Below are positions 1-11,791 of a DNA stretch of 32,000 nt, piece by piece. This DNA comes from Wallemia ichthyophaga EXF-994 (taxonomy: Eukaryota; Fungi; Basidiomycota): contig NW_008806277.1 of assembly GCF_000400465.1 (NCBI RefSeq), positions 240,001 to 272,000 on the forward strand, written 5' to 3'. The notes under the pieces were generated by a model. It was not told where the DNA came from. It did no database searches and saw only the letters and a program-made list of their open reading frames with translations. How positions within the stretch are numbered: position 1 is the stretch's first letter; each line of letters opens with the position of its first letter. The position numbers and the translations under genes were made by a program.

Positions 1-3000
1 GTACCACGGGGTGAGGATGAGATGAGTGATTTGCCTGTTGTGCGAGGTGCAATAAGACTCTGACCAGGTTTACGGACAACCTGTGATTGATCGGGCGATC
101 CATTACTCAATATTGATTTCGGTTCATAATGAAATGGCTTGATATATGTGTTCTCCTGAACATTCATTCGTGTGTTGTTGACAACAAGCGGAGATGAGTC
201 AACTGACATGCAGCTGTTGTTTGCATTTTTACCACCCAATGGTCTTGCTGGCGTTTTAAATGTTTCATCTTTACGCTTAGCGTTGTCATTCTTTCCGGGA
301 ACGACCACGGGACTGTCAACTTGATCAGAATCAAGGTCAATGACTGGTGAATCTTGAAATAGTAGTCTAGGTGCTTTAAACCCTTTTTTACTTCTCTTCT
401 TGCTTCCAAATGGTGGCTCTGACGGTGACTTTAAGATCGGTGGTTTGTTCAGGACCAAGACTGGTGAAGATGTTGGTGACATTGGCGTTGGTGATCTCGT
501 ACGCTGTCTTTTTGTACTCTGTGTAGGCTTGGGAGACTCTACCTCTTCTTCGTCATCATGGAGAGTGATTGAATGAGTTCGCAATGACAACGTCTTTGAT
601 AAAGCGGCCACTGATTGATTGGATTTACTTGCTTGACTTGCTTGCCGTCTTACAGCATGACTTGGCTGCCTTTGTAATTGGCTGGGTTTATTCTTCAACT
701 TCTCGTTTCGCTTCGACGAAGGACCTGAGGGCTCAAGCTTCAAGGGCTGCACTTCCTTCTGTGACTGAAAGTCATCTATGCCCTTTTTTAGTGCTTCATC
801 TTCAGAATCTGATTCGACGTTCATAGCAGCAGTGTCTGTTTTCTTTTCAACGAGATCACTAGCATTAACAAACCCCGAGGTAGCTTGTTCTGGGACGTTA
901 CGAAGAGGATTTTCATTTCTTTTCCGCTTTGGCTTTGAAGCCTTCGTGAAGTTACGGATGTTTGAACTAGAAGAGTCTTTCTTGATGTTTTTCTTAGTTA
1001 AGCTTTCCCATTCTTCAACCTGAACATGTCTCTTCTCACATTCAGGTTCAACGTCATGTGGAATTAACCGTTCAACATCGTTGTATAATGCCACTTGATC
1101 TCCCGAAACAATATATGCTTGAACATCCTGGTGCCTAGCTTGTGCTTCATCCCAATTTTTATCTTCAAGGTCTTCAGCCATGAGTGTGTGAACGTGTCCC
1201 TGACGCTTTCTGCCAGTACGACCAATCTTTTGTAACATACTGATAGAGCTTCTTCCAGGATCATAGGTTATAGTAAGATCGATATCACCAATGTCCAAAC
1301 CTTCTTCACCGATAGATGTTGAGACTAACACATTAAAAGTCCCATCTTTATATTCATTCATGACTTTCTGTTGTTGTTTTTGATTTAAACCCTTTTTACC
1401 ATTAGATGCTGCTTGTCCGACGAATGCCGCCGCCTATTATGAATCTTGTCAGATATATACTTTTGCATTATTTCCTAACCCACTCTAAGAATAGGAGAAT
1501 GGGTATTGATTTGTTCCACTACTTCGTCCACTGTCTCTCTAAGTGCTGTATGAGTGTGAGATACTGATCTTAAGACAAAGAAAAAACGCACATGCAAAGA
1601 CTATGGCTCTAGTTTCAGTCTTTTCCGTTGAAAAGTTGGTAAAGTGATCCAATAACAGTGATTCTACTTTCTCCATCTTTGGATGACTGAGTCTGCCATT
1701 GCGTCTGGATCGTTCAGACTCTATTGATAACATAAGTTTTTCTATAGTCTTTTTGGTATCTGGATCTTGCTTTTTGCCGCTCAGCTCTTGCAAATTTTGA
1801 TAGAATATCTCAATGCTCTGGATTTGCTGTAAATTGGTTAGCCTTTTTTCTAGCGCAATTAATTGTGAGCTCACCAAGTTCCTCATAGCACGCGTGGCAT
1901 CTCCTGCTTTATTCAAACTACCAAACAAATATTTTTGATGTGGTAATATCCTGCTACGAAGAGCAGTGATCGAATATGGATGAAGCTTCCTCAATTTGTT
2001 GATTGTGTACTCTGGAAGAAGATCTTTTGCAATGAGTGGATCGACTGTACGCTGGTCGAACGCTTTAGTCGATTATCAATCGTTTTAAGTTGACTTACTT
2101 TTACGACATCCTCCCATTGCATACACAACTCATCTATGAAGTAGTCCATTTTTATAATATGCTCTTCAAAGATCTTCTTATGGGTGTACTGTTTAATATC
2201 TGGTGATGAGTCATTGCGAATGGCGATATTACTTATATGCAAGTTATCTATAATTGGTTGTACTTGTTCAGGAGTATTACCAGGAGTAGCCGTCAAAGCC
2301 AATACTCTGAAATGAGGGTTCGTTTTCATCATGTGCCGCACCACTGAGCAGTAGCTATCAAAGTGTAAATATGATGTCATCTAAGAATGCATGACGCACG
2401 AATAATCTCCTTGTCCTTTGTGAGCTTCATCTGGATAAAAAATGTAAGATTTTTATGTAAGCTGCAAATGTCTTGAACTACCTATCACTATCAAGACAAC
2501 ATCTTGAGGATCACACACTCCCTTTTGAAGGTCGTTGTTTAGAGTTTGAGGAGTCATATACAAAACCCTCTTTTCCCTTATCTGATAACTGTGAGCGCTG
2601 ATTGTTTTTTTAAAGGACAGCTTACGATAGCTTCACGTTTTTGTTGTGAGACATCACCATACAAGACACTGACATCAGATTGCGGGATACCACAAACGTC
2701 GTGACAAGCTTTGGCCTGTTGATCGACAAGCGGTTCTAATCTCATTCATTTTAATGTTCTTGTAATCTGAGTCAACTTACTCGTTGGTGCTAAGAAGACT
2801 ACTTTGGCAGTAGGGAACCACTTATAGTAGTTCATAATAACTACTCCAGCTATTAGTGTCTAAATCGTTGTCAATTTGGAAAGAAGGGATTTCAAAGCAA
2901 CTCACTTTACCAAGACCAGTTGGAAGCGCGACCAATGTGTTTTGGAAGAGACACTGTGTTGTGATATTGATCTGGTAGTCTCTGATAGGATAGTTTGTAG

Positions 3001-3712
3001 GATAAATCCAGCTCTTGACAGCTTGAGGATCGTATCTATGCTTCATCGGTTGTAGCTATAGTTGTTTAGTAGTTGTAGAGGTTCTATACTCGACTTACAG
3101 AGCTAAAAGCGGTTTGGTGAGACAGTGTTACAGGAAAATAAAAAACCACCTACCCTAAGCAAATGTAAGAAAGTTGCAGATAAATTGTGTTAACTTACCT
3201 GTTGATAGCGAGGGGAATTGCTCGAATTCAATTAAATCGTCTTCGATAATCATATCGCCGTCCTCTTCAGCTCTCGCCTTCTGCTTTCTCTGCTTGTTTG
3301 ATTTAGACATAGCCTTGTAGTCCCATTGCTTTTTTGCTCCACTGTGCTCTTTCTGAACCATAACAGGTCGCGGTGGAGGTCGCGACGCGGGAGGTGGCGG
3401 TGCACCCCAAAGTCTCTGCTGAACCAGCCCTTGGGATGATGCTGGGTTATTGTATGAGTTATTTTCAATGCGATCTAATTGCTCCATAGCGTCGTCGTCG
3501 ATGATGATAGGTGAGTTGAAATCCTCACCATAATCGATCGTGCTGTCTATCCCAGCGGTCTGTTCCTCTCTAATTCGATAGTCTTGTATTTGTGGCCGCT
3601 GTTGGTTGAATTGCGATTCAATCAAGTCAGCCTGCTCTAATAGATCGGCATCGTCGAAAGAATCGGAGAAGTCTGAGTTGTCCACTAGACGTAAGATGTT
3701 AGCCTCTTCCAT
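1..3712 (-). CDS. MPH1: FANCM/Mph1/Fml1-family DEAH-box DNA helicase, multi-exon, 3' end runs off the window
   Basis: Exons give [25 protein letters not shown] (motif I), [10 protein letters not shown] (about 2410-2430), [23 protein letters not shown] and [10 protein letters not shown] (motif VI). The frame stays open from about 1430 to base 1 as a K/S/P-rich tail. Confidence 0.95.
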
Positions 3713-3724
3713 ATTGCGGGATAT

Positions 3725-3791
3725 TCGCGCTTACTCTGTGCTATCTTGAGGAGCACAAGCACGCGTAGTGGTGGTTCGATTCAACACGCGA
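3725..3791. promoter_or_regulatory. CGCG/MCB-like element cluster directly upstream of MPH1
   Basis: TCGCGC at 3725, ACGCGT at 3761 and ACGCGA at 3786, all within 80 bp of the ATG. ACGCGT is the MCB consensus. Confidence 0.45.
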
Positions 3792-4187
3792 TTAGGATGG
3801 GATTTGATCAAGTGGAGTAGATTTTGAATCATTTTTGTGTACCTGCAGCAAGTATAAGCTAAATCAATTTATATCGACTCAAATTACTCTCCACCTCTTG
3901 CTCATCTCTCGCATCCAAAAGCGGAGCAATTAATAACAAGGTACGAATGACGTTGGTGTTTACGCGTAGCATGGTCATGAGCCGATAGCATTGAAGCATC
4001 ATCTTACATAAAATCTAATAAATATCGCGTCAAATCCTTCAACGCTCTGAGCACATCTGTGACGTCAGTTTATCGAATCATTTATAAGTTTACAATTATT
4101 TCTTTGAATCAAGAAACTGTCCTTGATATGATTATTCAGGTACAAGAATCTTGAATGTTTGAGTGTATGTACTAATCGATGCATTCT

Positions 4188-6099
4188 TTATTTCATCAAA
4201 TCAACTAAATCGTCAAACGGTGACTTTTGTTGAGGTTGTTGAGGTGGATGAGGTTGGGGATTTGTAAATTGTGCATTAGATGTTGTGGTATTATTGATAT
4301 TGGCGGGTGTGTTCAGTCCTGGTGTTATAGGGCTTTGGGCAGCAGGAGTGTATGGTTGGGAATAGCTGACTGGTGTGCCTGTTGCTGGCCTCATTGCATA
4401 GAGACTCTTTAAAGCTTCATTTGAGCTCAAGTTCATCGCTGGTGGTGATGATACTTGAGCAGGTTGCGTTTGGGATTGCACATCTGCAGATCCTGTAGGG
4501 CCAGGGGATGGTGCAGAAAATAAATCTACTGGAAGTTCACTGCTTGCACCTCCTCCTAGTTGTACTCCAGCATCATTACCTTCGTCGCGTTCAACGTGTT
4601 CGTACTGCAAAGGATCATCGAAGTCAATCAAATTCTGACCTTCACTTCGGTCGTTTGAATTTCCAGATGTGATACCCTTAGATTGAAAGCTTGACTCGTT
4701 AGATTCAACTCTGTGCGTTTCATTATAACTTACTTTTCATTCATTTCAAACTTGGCATCGTAATCACCATTCTTAAAAGCTGTGTATCTGTTTACGACGT
4801 TGTTTATCAAGTCGTTAATCTGCAATAAGCGTTCTGAAGGTAAATTTGTCAAACAGGGGTTTGCACTGACGATATATACTCACCTAGCAAGTCTGGGTCC
4901 GATTCAGATGCATCAGATATCCATTTTTGTAGTTTCGGACTTGCTTGCTTGCAAAGTGATGCTACTTGCTAAGCTGGGGTAAGCTTTATGTGCTTTTGTA
5001 TATAAGTCCTACTCACATCATATGCATCACCACGCACGAGCTTTTCCTGAGTCTGTGCAGCTTGGTCTAGCATATCGTTAAGAAGTATAGCTTTGTGCTG
5101 AACTTTGTCGAGTTCTTTCAATGTTTGTGCGCGATAGTCTGGCTTGCGTTCGTCCTTCAGAGCATTAGCGGTGTATATTTTGTGTTTAAGTGACTCACAA
5201 ATCCAGAAAGCTTTTTCATGAGATCTTGAGCAGCAGCTAAATCTCTTGGTGTACCACGCCTGATAAGTTCTTGCAATTTCTACCAGCCGTCAGGGCGTAT
5301 ATACGCAGAATAATCTATACCTACCGCGGATTGCGCTTCTCTATCTTCCTCTTCTAATTCTTCGGGTGATTTGAGGTTCTAATGCAACGTTAGATATCAT
5401 CGTGCGATACGACTCTTCTTACATCAGTCGCAACGGTTATAGCAGCATTTCTACTCAATTCTGGGAATCTGTAACCTTTATAACCAAGCAATCTCCACAT
5501 GTCTCTAACGTGAACAAGGTCCTCCTTGTGTTTTGAAGTAGTCGCTACGCCATTCTTCCACTCATTGATAAGCTCGAGCGTTTTGCCCATGATTGGACCT
5601 GGATAGGCGGGTGGACGCTCTGGGAACCTACGCACAAGCTCATTGAGGAAGTCTTTTGTCGCTATTTGGAGATGGAAAGGGTAACCACAGTTCTTGACCA
5701 GCACATCAAGTAGCTTGACAAGTGTCAGTCCAATGAAGCTATAAGAGAGCACAAACTCACATGAAGAGCTAGTAGCGCTGATCTAGGGCTTCCCTGATTG
5801 ACATGCCTTAATATCTCAAACGCAGCTTCTCGTGGACTAAGAGGAGCGTGAGATTGACCTACTAATAAGCAACAACTAACCAATTGGATTTTTTGGTATT
5901 GATGTACTCAGCTATTTCCATTTCTAGTTCTTGATTTGGCTGGAAAAGCGTCGTTTCACATGCCATAGCTGAGATTGAACTGAGATTGAGGACGCCGTTT
6001 GATCCGAATCTTACCTATATACGAGGACAGCACATCAGAGGTTCTTGAATTTCTGCCCCAAGGGCTCCCCAGACGACCGAGCGTATTTGGATTAAGCAT
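4188..6099 (-). CDS. GGA: GGA-type clathrin adaptor (VHS + GAT domains), multi-exon; no GAE ear domain seen
   Basis: VHS signature LLDVLVKNCGYPFHLQIATKDFLNELVRRFPERPP, GAT signature KLQELIRRGTPRDL, and upstream exons MLNPNTLG..SSYIAMACETTLFQPNQELEMEIAEYINTKK. The stop follows SPFDDLVDLMK. Confidence 0.88.
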
Positions 6100-6277
6100 C
6101 TTGATGGTGGTAGCGGAGTTGCATGTAAATAAATAAATTACTATCAGGTATACAATCAGAGGTGGTGACCCGGCACCAACGCGAATATGAGTGTGAACAC
6201 TGCAGTAGATAGTGCAACGAGTGCGGCTACTAATCTGCATTACTGTGAGATTGATAATGATATCACGACGCAATAAC

Positions 6278-7480
6278 CTACGCGGTGCGAATGAGTAGGA
6301 GCTTCTTAACATAGGGCTCTTCAATTTCGATAGTCCTGAATGGCGTCGTTTCGCTATGCTTTGTCAGTATTGCTATCGATGACACAACAACGCACCTCTT
6401 GTTAAACAAGACCATAAGAGGGTCGATATTATACTTGAAAGACCAGATGAGAAAGAAAGATATTAAAAAGGGTAAAAGCACCTGTATTCGCATTCGATTA
6501 GCTGGGTAATGAGGCGTAATTGTTGCACACACCCAAACTCGCGTCTTCTGGGGCTTGTAGTCGATGAATATAAAGCAAAAGCCAAGTGCAAAAGCAAACC
6601 AAAGAAGGAAAAGTCCTAAACCGAGTCTTACTAATGATGACATCGGTGTTAAGTTACCAAAACCTTTGGCACGTAAAAATCTGTTCCTAGTTAGCAGTGG
6701 AAAAGCAATATATTACACCACAAACCTGGGAAACACACCACCCTCAAGTGCCCTGAAAATATACTCCTTCTGAGGGTAGAAGAGATCTGGTATATCAGTC
6801 AGCGGCGTATTATGACCAAAGTTTTGTATTCTAAGAGCAGGTGGTAGATAGATTTCCTTGTCACTGCCAGGAGCGAGGTATCTAAAGTAAATGCGCTCAG
6901 CTGAGTCGAACAAATCACCATGGCTAATGACAGCATTTCTAGGTATCGTCGTTGGATTCCTCTTTGAGTCCTTGCGTTTAGAAACCAAAGTATTGACAGA
7001 CTTCTCCGGGTCAAAGTCAGATGTCGATAAGTTCTGCTTGTTTGAGTTGTTTGAGGCGTCGAGTAAGAAATTGTCTAGTGCAACTGGTTGCTCACGGTGA
7101 CCTGATTGAAGGGAAGTTGAGGAACGCGACTGATTGTTGATTGGAGAAGGACTTAGGCGATTGCGATCGAAGTTGTTTGAGGGTTCTGCGAGACCGATGA
7201 GGTTTGAGTATATGGAACCCTTGCTACGCGCGCTACTAAGATATTCCGGCCAGACGTCCTGTATCAGTCTTCCAGATTTCCTGATATCCTTAAAGTAAGC
7301 GCGGCACAGATTCTCGTGTTGCTGTGTGTCTAGCCAGAAATCAAGTGCGTCCTCAGAGCCCTCGCGTTGGAGGAAAAGATAGAGACAGAAAAGATCGACG
7401 GGTGGTTTAGTTTTCCGAGAAAGGACCTCTGCTAGCGTGGGTAGACGCGTCAGTCCAGAGGAGTTCTCTGTGAATTTCAT
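6278..7480 (-). CDS. RAX1: Bud-site/polarity protein Rax1 (RGS-like domain plus C-terminal transmembrane segments), 1 intron
   Basis: RLPTLAEVLSRKTKPPVDLFCLYLFLQREGSEDALDFWLD; the splice restores FPRFLRAKGFGNLTP; hydrophobic C-terminal helices in ORF 6278..6643. Confidence 0.9.
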
Positions 7481-7640
7481 ATGATGAAGTAAGTTGAAGA
7501 GATGTGCATAACATTCCAGTGGAAATGTAAATAAATTTTGGAGGCAATAAGTCGCACAAGATTACCAGCAGTATCACGCACGAATTCTGTACTTGGGATA
7601 CTCACTCATCTCTCCGTCCTCGTTCTCAGAAACGTCCAAG

Positions 7641-8020
7641 ATGTCAGCATTCAGCAGAGCACTCCCAACGGCGGTAAAAGAAATCAGACTAATTGGATGC
7701 CAAACTGGAAACAGATCAGAGGGATTCAGGTGGGTAATGTATTTATCTCTGCGTAGAATAATCCCAACCGCAACCAGGCAATTCGTACAATCATCCTACC
7801 CTAATCTCAAGCAATCGAATCCACATCTACCAATCCTCGTTCGTGAGGCTGCCGGTGTACCAGCACGTGCATTCGCTAGATTTGGTGGGTAGCCGTGTCC
7901 AAGCACAGGACAGCACTGACAATGACAGAATACGGCTTGGAGAAGAACGTTAGCTTAGATGGATTGTCTGCAGGTGAGGTGACAAAGCAGGTCGAGACGC
8001 TGCTGTCCAAGACCAATTAG
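7641..8020 (+). CDS. NDUFA2: NADH:ubiquinone oxidoreductase subunit B8/NI8M (NDUFA2, L51/S25/CI-B8 fold), 2 introns
   Basis: Spliced product MSAFSRALPTAVKEIRLIGCQTGNRSEGFRQFVQSSYPNLKQSNPHLPILVREAAGVPARAFARFEYGLEKNVSLDGLSAGEVTKQVETLLSKTN matches the family pattern (YP..K..NP..PILVREA.G..P). Confidence 0.88.
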
Positions 8021-8263
8021 ACTGTACTTTTCTTTTGAATATAATGACTTGTTCATTTCTTAGATCCCTAACTGCGGTGATTAGTCTGATACAGATTTCA
8101 ATTTAGTTAATGAAAACAATTTGACAATAGCCCTTATCTTCTCGCTCAGACCCTTTTTGAGAGATAACAAAGGAAACGTAGCAGTAAACAAACCTTTATT
8201 ATTAAAATTTACAGCCCTATCCACCTGTAGAACTCAAATAAATATGATTAACACCCATTTCTT

Positions 8264-9027
8264 ATGTTCGTAAAAGTTTTCATCGCTGTATCTGTCGGTA
8301 GGTGTACTGTTGGAGGTGTTTTATTGACTACAAAACACCTACTAAAGCCTCAACCGTCTTCGCTGCTCCAATTGCATGCTCTGCCTCCTTCAATTCGATC
8401 GTCCAAGGAATCGGCTAGAACCCAGACTTCTACTTCGGCTCTCAACCCTTAAGTGCGAATACTCAAGACTTACAGCTAAAAGCTGATCATATTTCTCAAG
8501 TTGCGTTTACAATCGCGCGTTTAATCACGCGTTTCACTGACAAACGACGCGACTCTGGTGATCAAACAATTGACTTGGTTCTTCAAGTAAACTAACGAGC
8601 AAATCTCTGCTCATGGTACTGAAACTTGTGGTGTTACCCAAAGATGCTTAAAAGTACTTTTCTGAAGATATTTAGGTATTTTCGACCACCTCACACTAAA
8701 ACTCAAGATTGTGGTCGGTGAAGATCTAGTTTTGCCATCCGTGTTCTAGCCAATGGATAACGAAATCGAAGCGACGATTTTTGGTGTATAGTCAGACGTT
8801 ACCAACATTCAACAAATCATAAATGGCGCTCTGAACGACCTGGGTTTTGGTGATGTTGCCAGCCCACTGGAGAAGACGCTGAACGACAAATTTCCAGGGC
8901 TTCTAAACTTAAATGGCAATAAGCTCAACAAGGTTCTTGAAGGCGTGTCCTTTGTTGGTGACCATTTGTTATCGATTGAATTGTGGATAGTCGGGATGAC
9001 TGGGGCAAAATCAGTCACGCTAATGTA
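8264..9027 (+). pseudogene. Possible degenerate or stop-interrupted secreted-protein-like coding sequence (strand assignment uncertain)
   Basis: ATG 8264 plus a 50-nt GTAGGT..AAG intron (8298-8347) gives signal-peptide-like MFVKVFIAVSVASTVFAAPIAC. Protein-like stretches downstream are broken by TAG at 8416, 8747 and 8789. The opposite strand is also open at 8809-9093. Confidence 0.25.
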
Positions 9028-9521
9028 ATTAATTGAATGACATGTAACGATAACCGCCAATTTACTTGGCAAATTGTGACACTTGATCAGCACCGATGGT
9101 CGTGTCTAGGTACGAGGCCTGACATTTTGAGGATTGCACGTCGATCAAGTTGAAGATAATGGAAGGCAATGACTGATAGCTGCAGTCTATGCTTATTTTT
9201 ATTAGCCTGCAGATAAAAGTGGAGGTCTGTCATAGTCTCAGGCGTGTGGGTGTCATTAAGGGATGTCCGCGGGTGCTTTCAGGGAGCAGTATAAATGAAA
9301 AGCGGCTAAATGTGTCAAAGAAAAGACTTTAGCTTCTTAAAATTCTCTGTAAAACCTATGGACGATGTTGAGCAAAGCCACACTCAGCCAAAAGAAGGAA
9401 TGTGGATGAGATTTAATATGTGTGCCAATCGAATCAAATGTATAATCACTCACAATACATCTCCACCCTTACTGCTCTTTATCGTAATTTCCCGACTTCG
9501 TCTTCTCGCCCGTTCATCACT

Positions 9522-10331
9522 ATGATAAAGAACTTGCGCTGCTTTGGTACATCTTGCAGGACGCAGGCTGTGCTTGGTCCGAAAGGAGCGCAAAATCAAG
9601 TTTATCGCTGGGAGAGCTCCAAGCCAGACGATAGCGCAACTCCAAAGCTTGAGATTGAGAGTAAGCGGAGATGGCTGGCATATATGCGCATGGAAGAGTT
9701 TGAGCTGCCAAAGCTAGAGAGTGCGTTGTTTCATGTTATAGAATACCTCTGACATGCATTAGAATACAAAAAGGAATTCGTACCGCCAGCCGACGACCAA
9801 GTTGTAAAGGTGAGGACACTCGAATATCTCAATCAAAAGCCACACCCAGCATCCGTGAAATCTGTCATTTCCGTTAAAATCAAAGATCTTCCTCTCACGG
9901 ATGGATCGTGTAAGCACAAGGCTAAACTTCTCGCAGGCCCTCGCTGGTCAGGGCCACAATCAAGCATATTAAATGGCAAACTTATAGAAGATATTGACGG
10001 TGAGGTTAAGATAAGCTCAGAAAATTTCCCACATAGGGCACAGAATGTCAGATGGTGCTCTGACAAGCTGCAGTTACTGATAAAGGAGTCAAACGTGAGC
10101 AGCCAGTTCGAAGGCGTCCACTCGCTAACAAGACTTTTACAGGATAAAAGCTACAACTTTGATGACATTCCTTTAGATACTCGTCACGTTATTCGCAGAA
10201 TCCGCAAGTCAAGGCGTGGTGGACATAAGATGGAGAACTTGGCAGGTGCGCAGCAGGGGCGTAGGCCGACAAAGTATGATATGCCGGAGGAGTGGATTGA
10301 AGAGGCCAAATTAGCGTTATCACAAAAGTGA
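9522..10331 (+). CDS. RSM24: Mitochondrial small ribosomal subunit protein mS35 (Rsm24), 1 intron
   Basis: Presequence-like N-terminus. The intron at about 9721-9762 joins ELPKLE to KYKKEFVPP. Contains HPASVKSVISVKIKDL, KLLAGPRW and VKISSENFPHRAQNVRWCSD. Confidence 0.85.
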
Positions 10332-10592
10332 TGTCGTAGAGAATGTGATATGTTTTTACCAAAAAAAAAGATCACGAGAAAGAGAGCTGTGTTAATGATC
10401 ATATCTATACTGGTATTCCTATAATGAAGAGTTCCTAAAACATTTAATGTGTATGCATGTCCGAAAATGTCTCCAAGGTGACATTTCTGTCTTTGAATGC
10501 TTTGAAGATGGGGATTGAGTATGGAATGCAGATTCCGATCTTTATTCAATTTAAAGAATTGTAAGTAGCAGTGCTCTTAAACAACAATTACA

Positions 10593-11598
10593 ATGACCAA
10601 CATGATTCTCTCACCTCCAGCAACGCCTATGTTCACCGAGATGAAGGACACTCCAGAGAACTTGTCTTCGTTTGTGCAGACATTCGTTGCATCAACGTTC
10701 CCTCCATCCAAGAAGCAGATGCAGACAAACATATACACACCACCCGCCTCTCCAATGTCACCGCAATTCAACCAAGGTCCACACTCTGAGCTTCAAGACT
10801 TTGCATACTATATAATAACGCGTGCTGAGCTCTGCACAGAAGCAGCGCTATGCGCATTGGCTCTGTTAGCACGTCTTCGCAGAAGATTGCCTCGCGCAAG
10901 AGCTGAATCAGGTCCAAGACTCTTCCTTGCCGCTATGATTGTCGCATCCAAGGGACTCTTCGATATCGCATACAATAACCCTGGATGGTATGAAATAGCT
11001 GCAGGCTGTCCTGCTATTGAAGCAGACTTTGCCTTGGCAGACATTAACTTGAGTAAGTTAAATTTTTACAAATTGCGACTAAATTGACGAATCATTAGTG
11101 GAGCGCCAGCTGCTAGCACACTTGGATTATCGTGTTGCCGTATTTGGTGATGAAATTCTCGCTTTACGTAGAATATACACCACTGGATCAGTACAGCAAC
11201 CATTGGTGAAATCGCAATCTACCAACACGTCAATCAACAGCCTCATCACGCCACCACCATCACCGCTAGATATGCCATTCTTAGATCAATCACAGTCACA
11301 ATCGCAATCGCAGTCACAATCATTCAATGAACCAGTGCCACCACCACGCCCATACAAGTCACGCGTCAGAAATTCAATTGGAGGTACACAAGATATTCAG
11401 CAATATCAAACATTCGCTGAGCCAATGACAATTTATGCGAGAAGACCGCGTGCAGTACCACTGCCACCACTGTTGCCTGTTCAATCGAGCGCATGTTCAA
11501 TGGAGACAGGACCATTCACAGCACCTATTAATAGCCAAGCACCACAGTATCCTCAGTCATTTGAGAATACAACACGCTCACACCGTCGCTGGCTCTAA
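10593..11598 (+). CDS. Pho80/Pcl1-like cyclin with a low-complexity C-terminal tail, 1 intron
   Basis: Cyclin-box pattern ALALLARLRRRL..PRLFLAAMIVASK..D..YNN..W. The intron (GTAAGT at about 11054) joins DINL to MERQLLAHLDYRV. Confidence 0.82.
11285..11325 (+). repeat. Hexamer-like coding repeat (CARTCR)n encoding (QS)n in the cyclin tail
   Basis: caatca cagtca caatcg caatcg cagtca caatca translates as QSQSQSQSQSQS. Confidence 0.8.
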
Positions 11599-11770
11599 AT
11601 GAGACACGAGAACAACAACGACATTCACGGACACTCAGCTTTCTTAAATTATCAAATGACATACCCACGGCAAATACTGTAAATCAATTTTAATCGGATT
11701 CCAAAAAGTAGAATACATTCTTTTTAATAATTTCTATATAAAATAACGCTTGTGTGTTTACAATCAACTC

Positions 11771-11781
11771 GACGCGACGTG
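11771..11781. promoter_or_regulatory. MCB/SCB-like element upstream of RAD57
   Basis: GACGCGACGTG ends about 10 bp before the ATG of a recombination gene. Confidence 0.35.
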
Positions 11782-11791
11782 AACAAATGAA

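Noticed and set aside
569-1023. Plus-strand ORFs 569..826 and 778..1023, and minus ORF 164..409
   Set aside because: Antisense or off-frame shadows of the continuous MPH1 C-terminal exon.
3773-3782. GGTTCGATTC, a tRNA T-loop/B-box-like word upstream of MPH1
   Set aside because: No A box, acceptor stem or cloverleaf around it; at most an isolated TFIIIC site.
9420-9521. Upstream in-frame extension of RSM24 in the ORF track
   Set aside because: The ATG at 9522 starts a typical mitochondrial presequence; the upstream part looks like a CT-rich 5' UTR.
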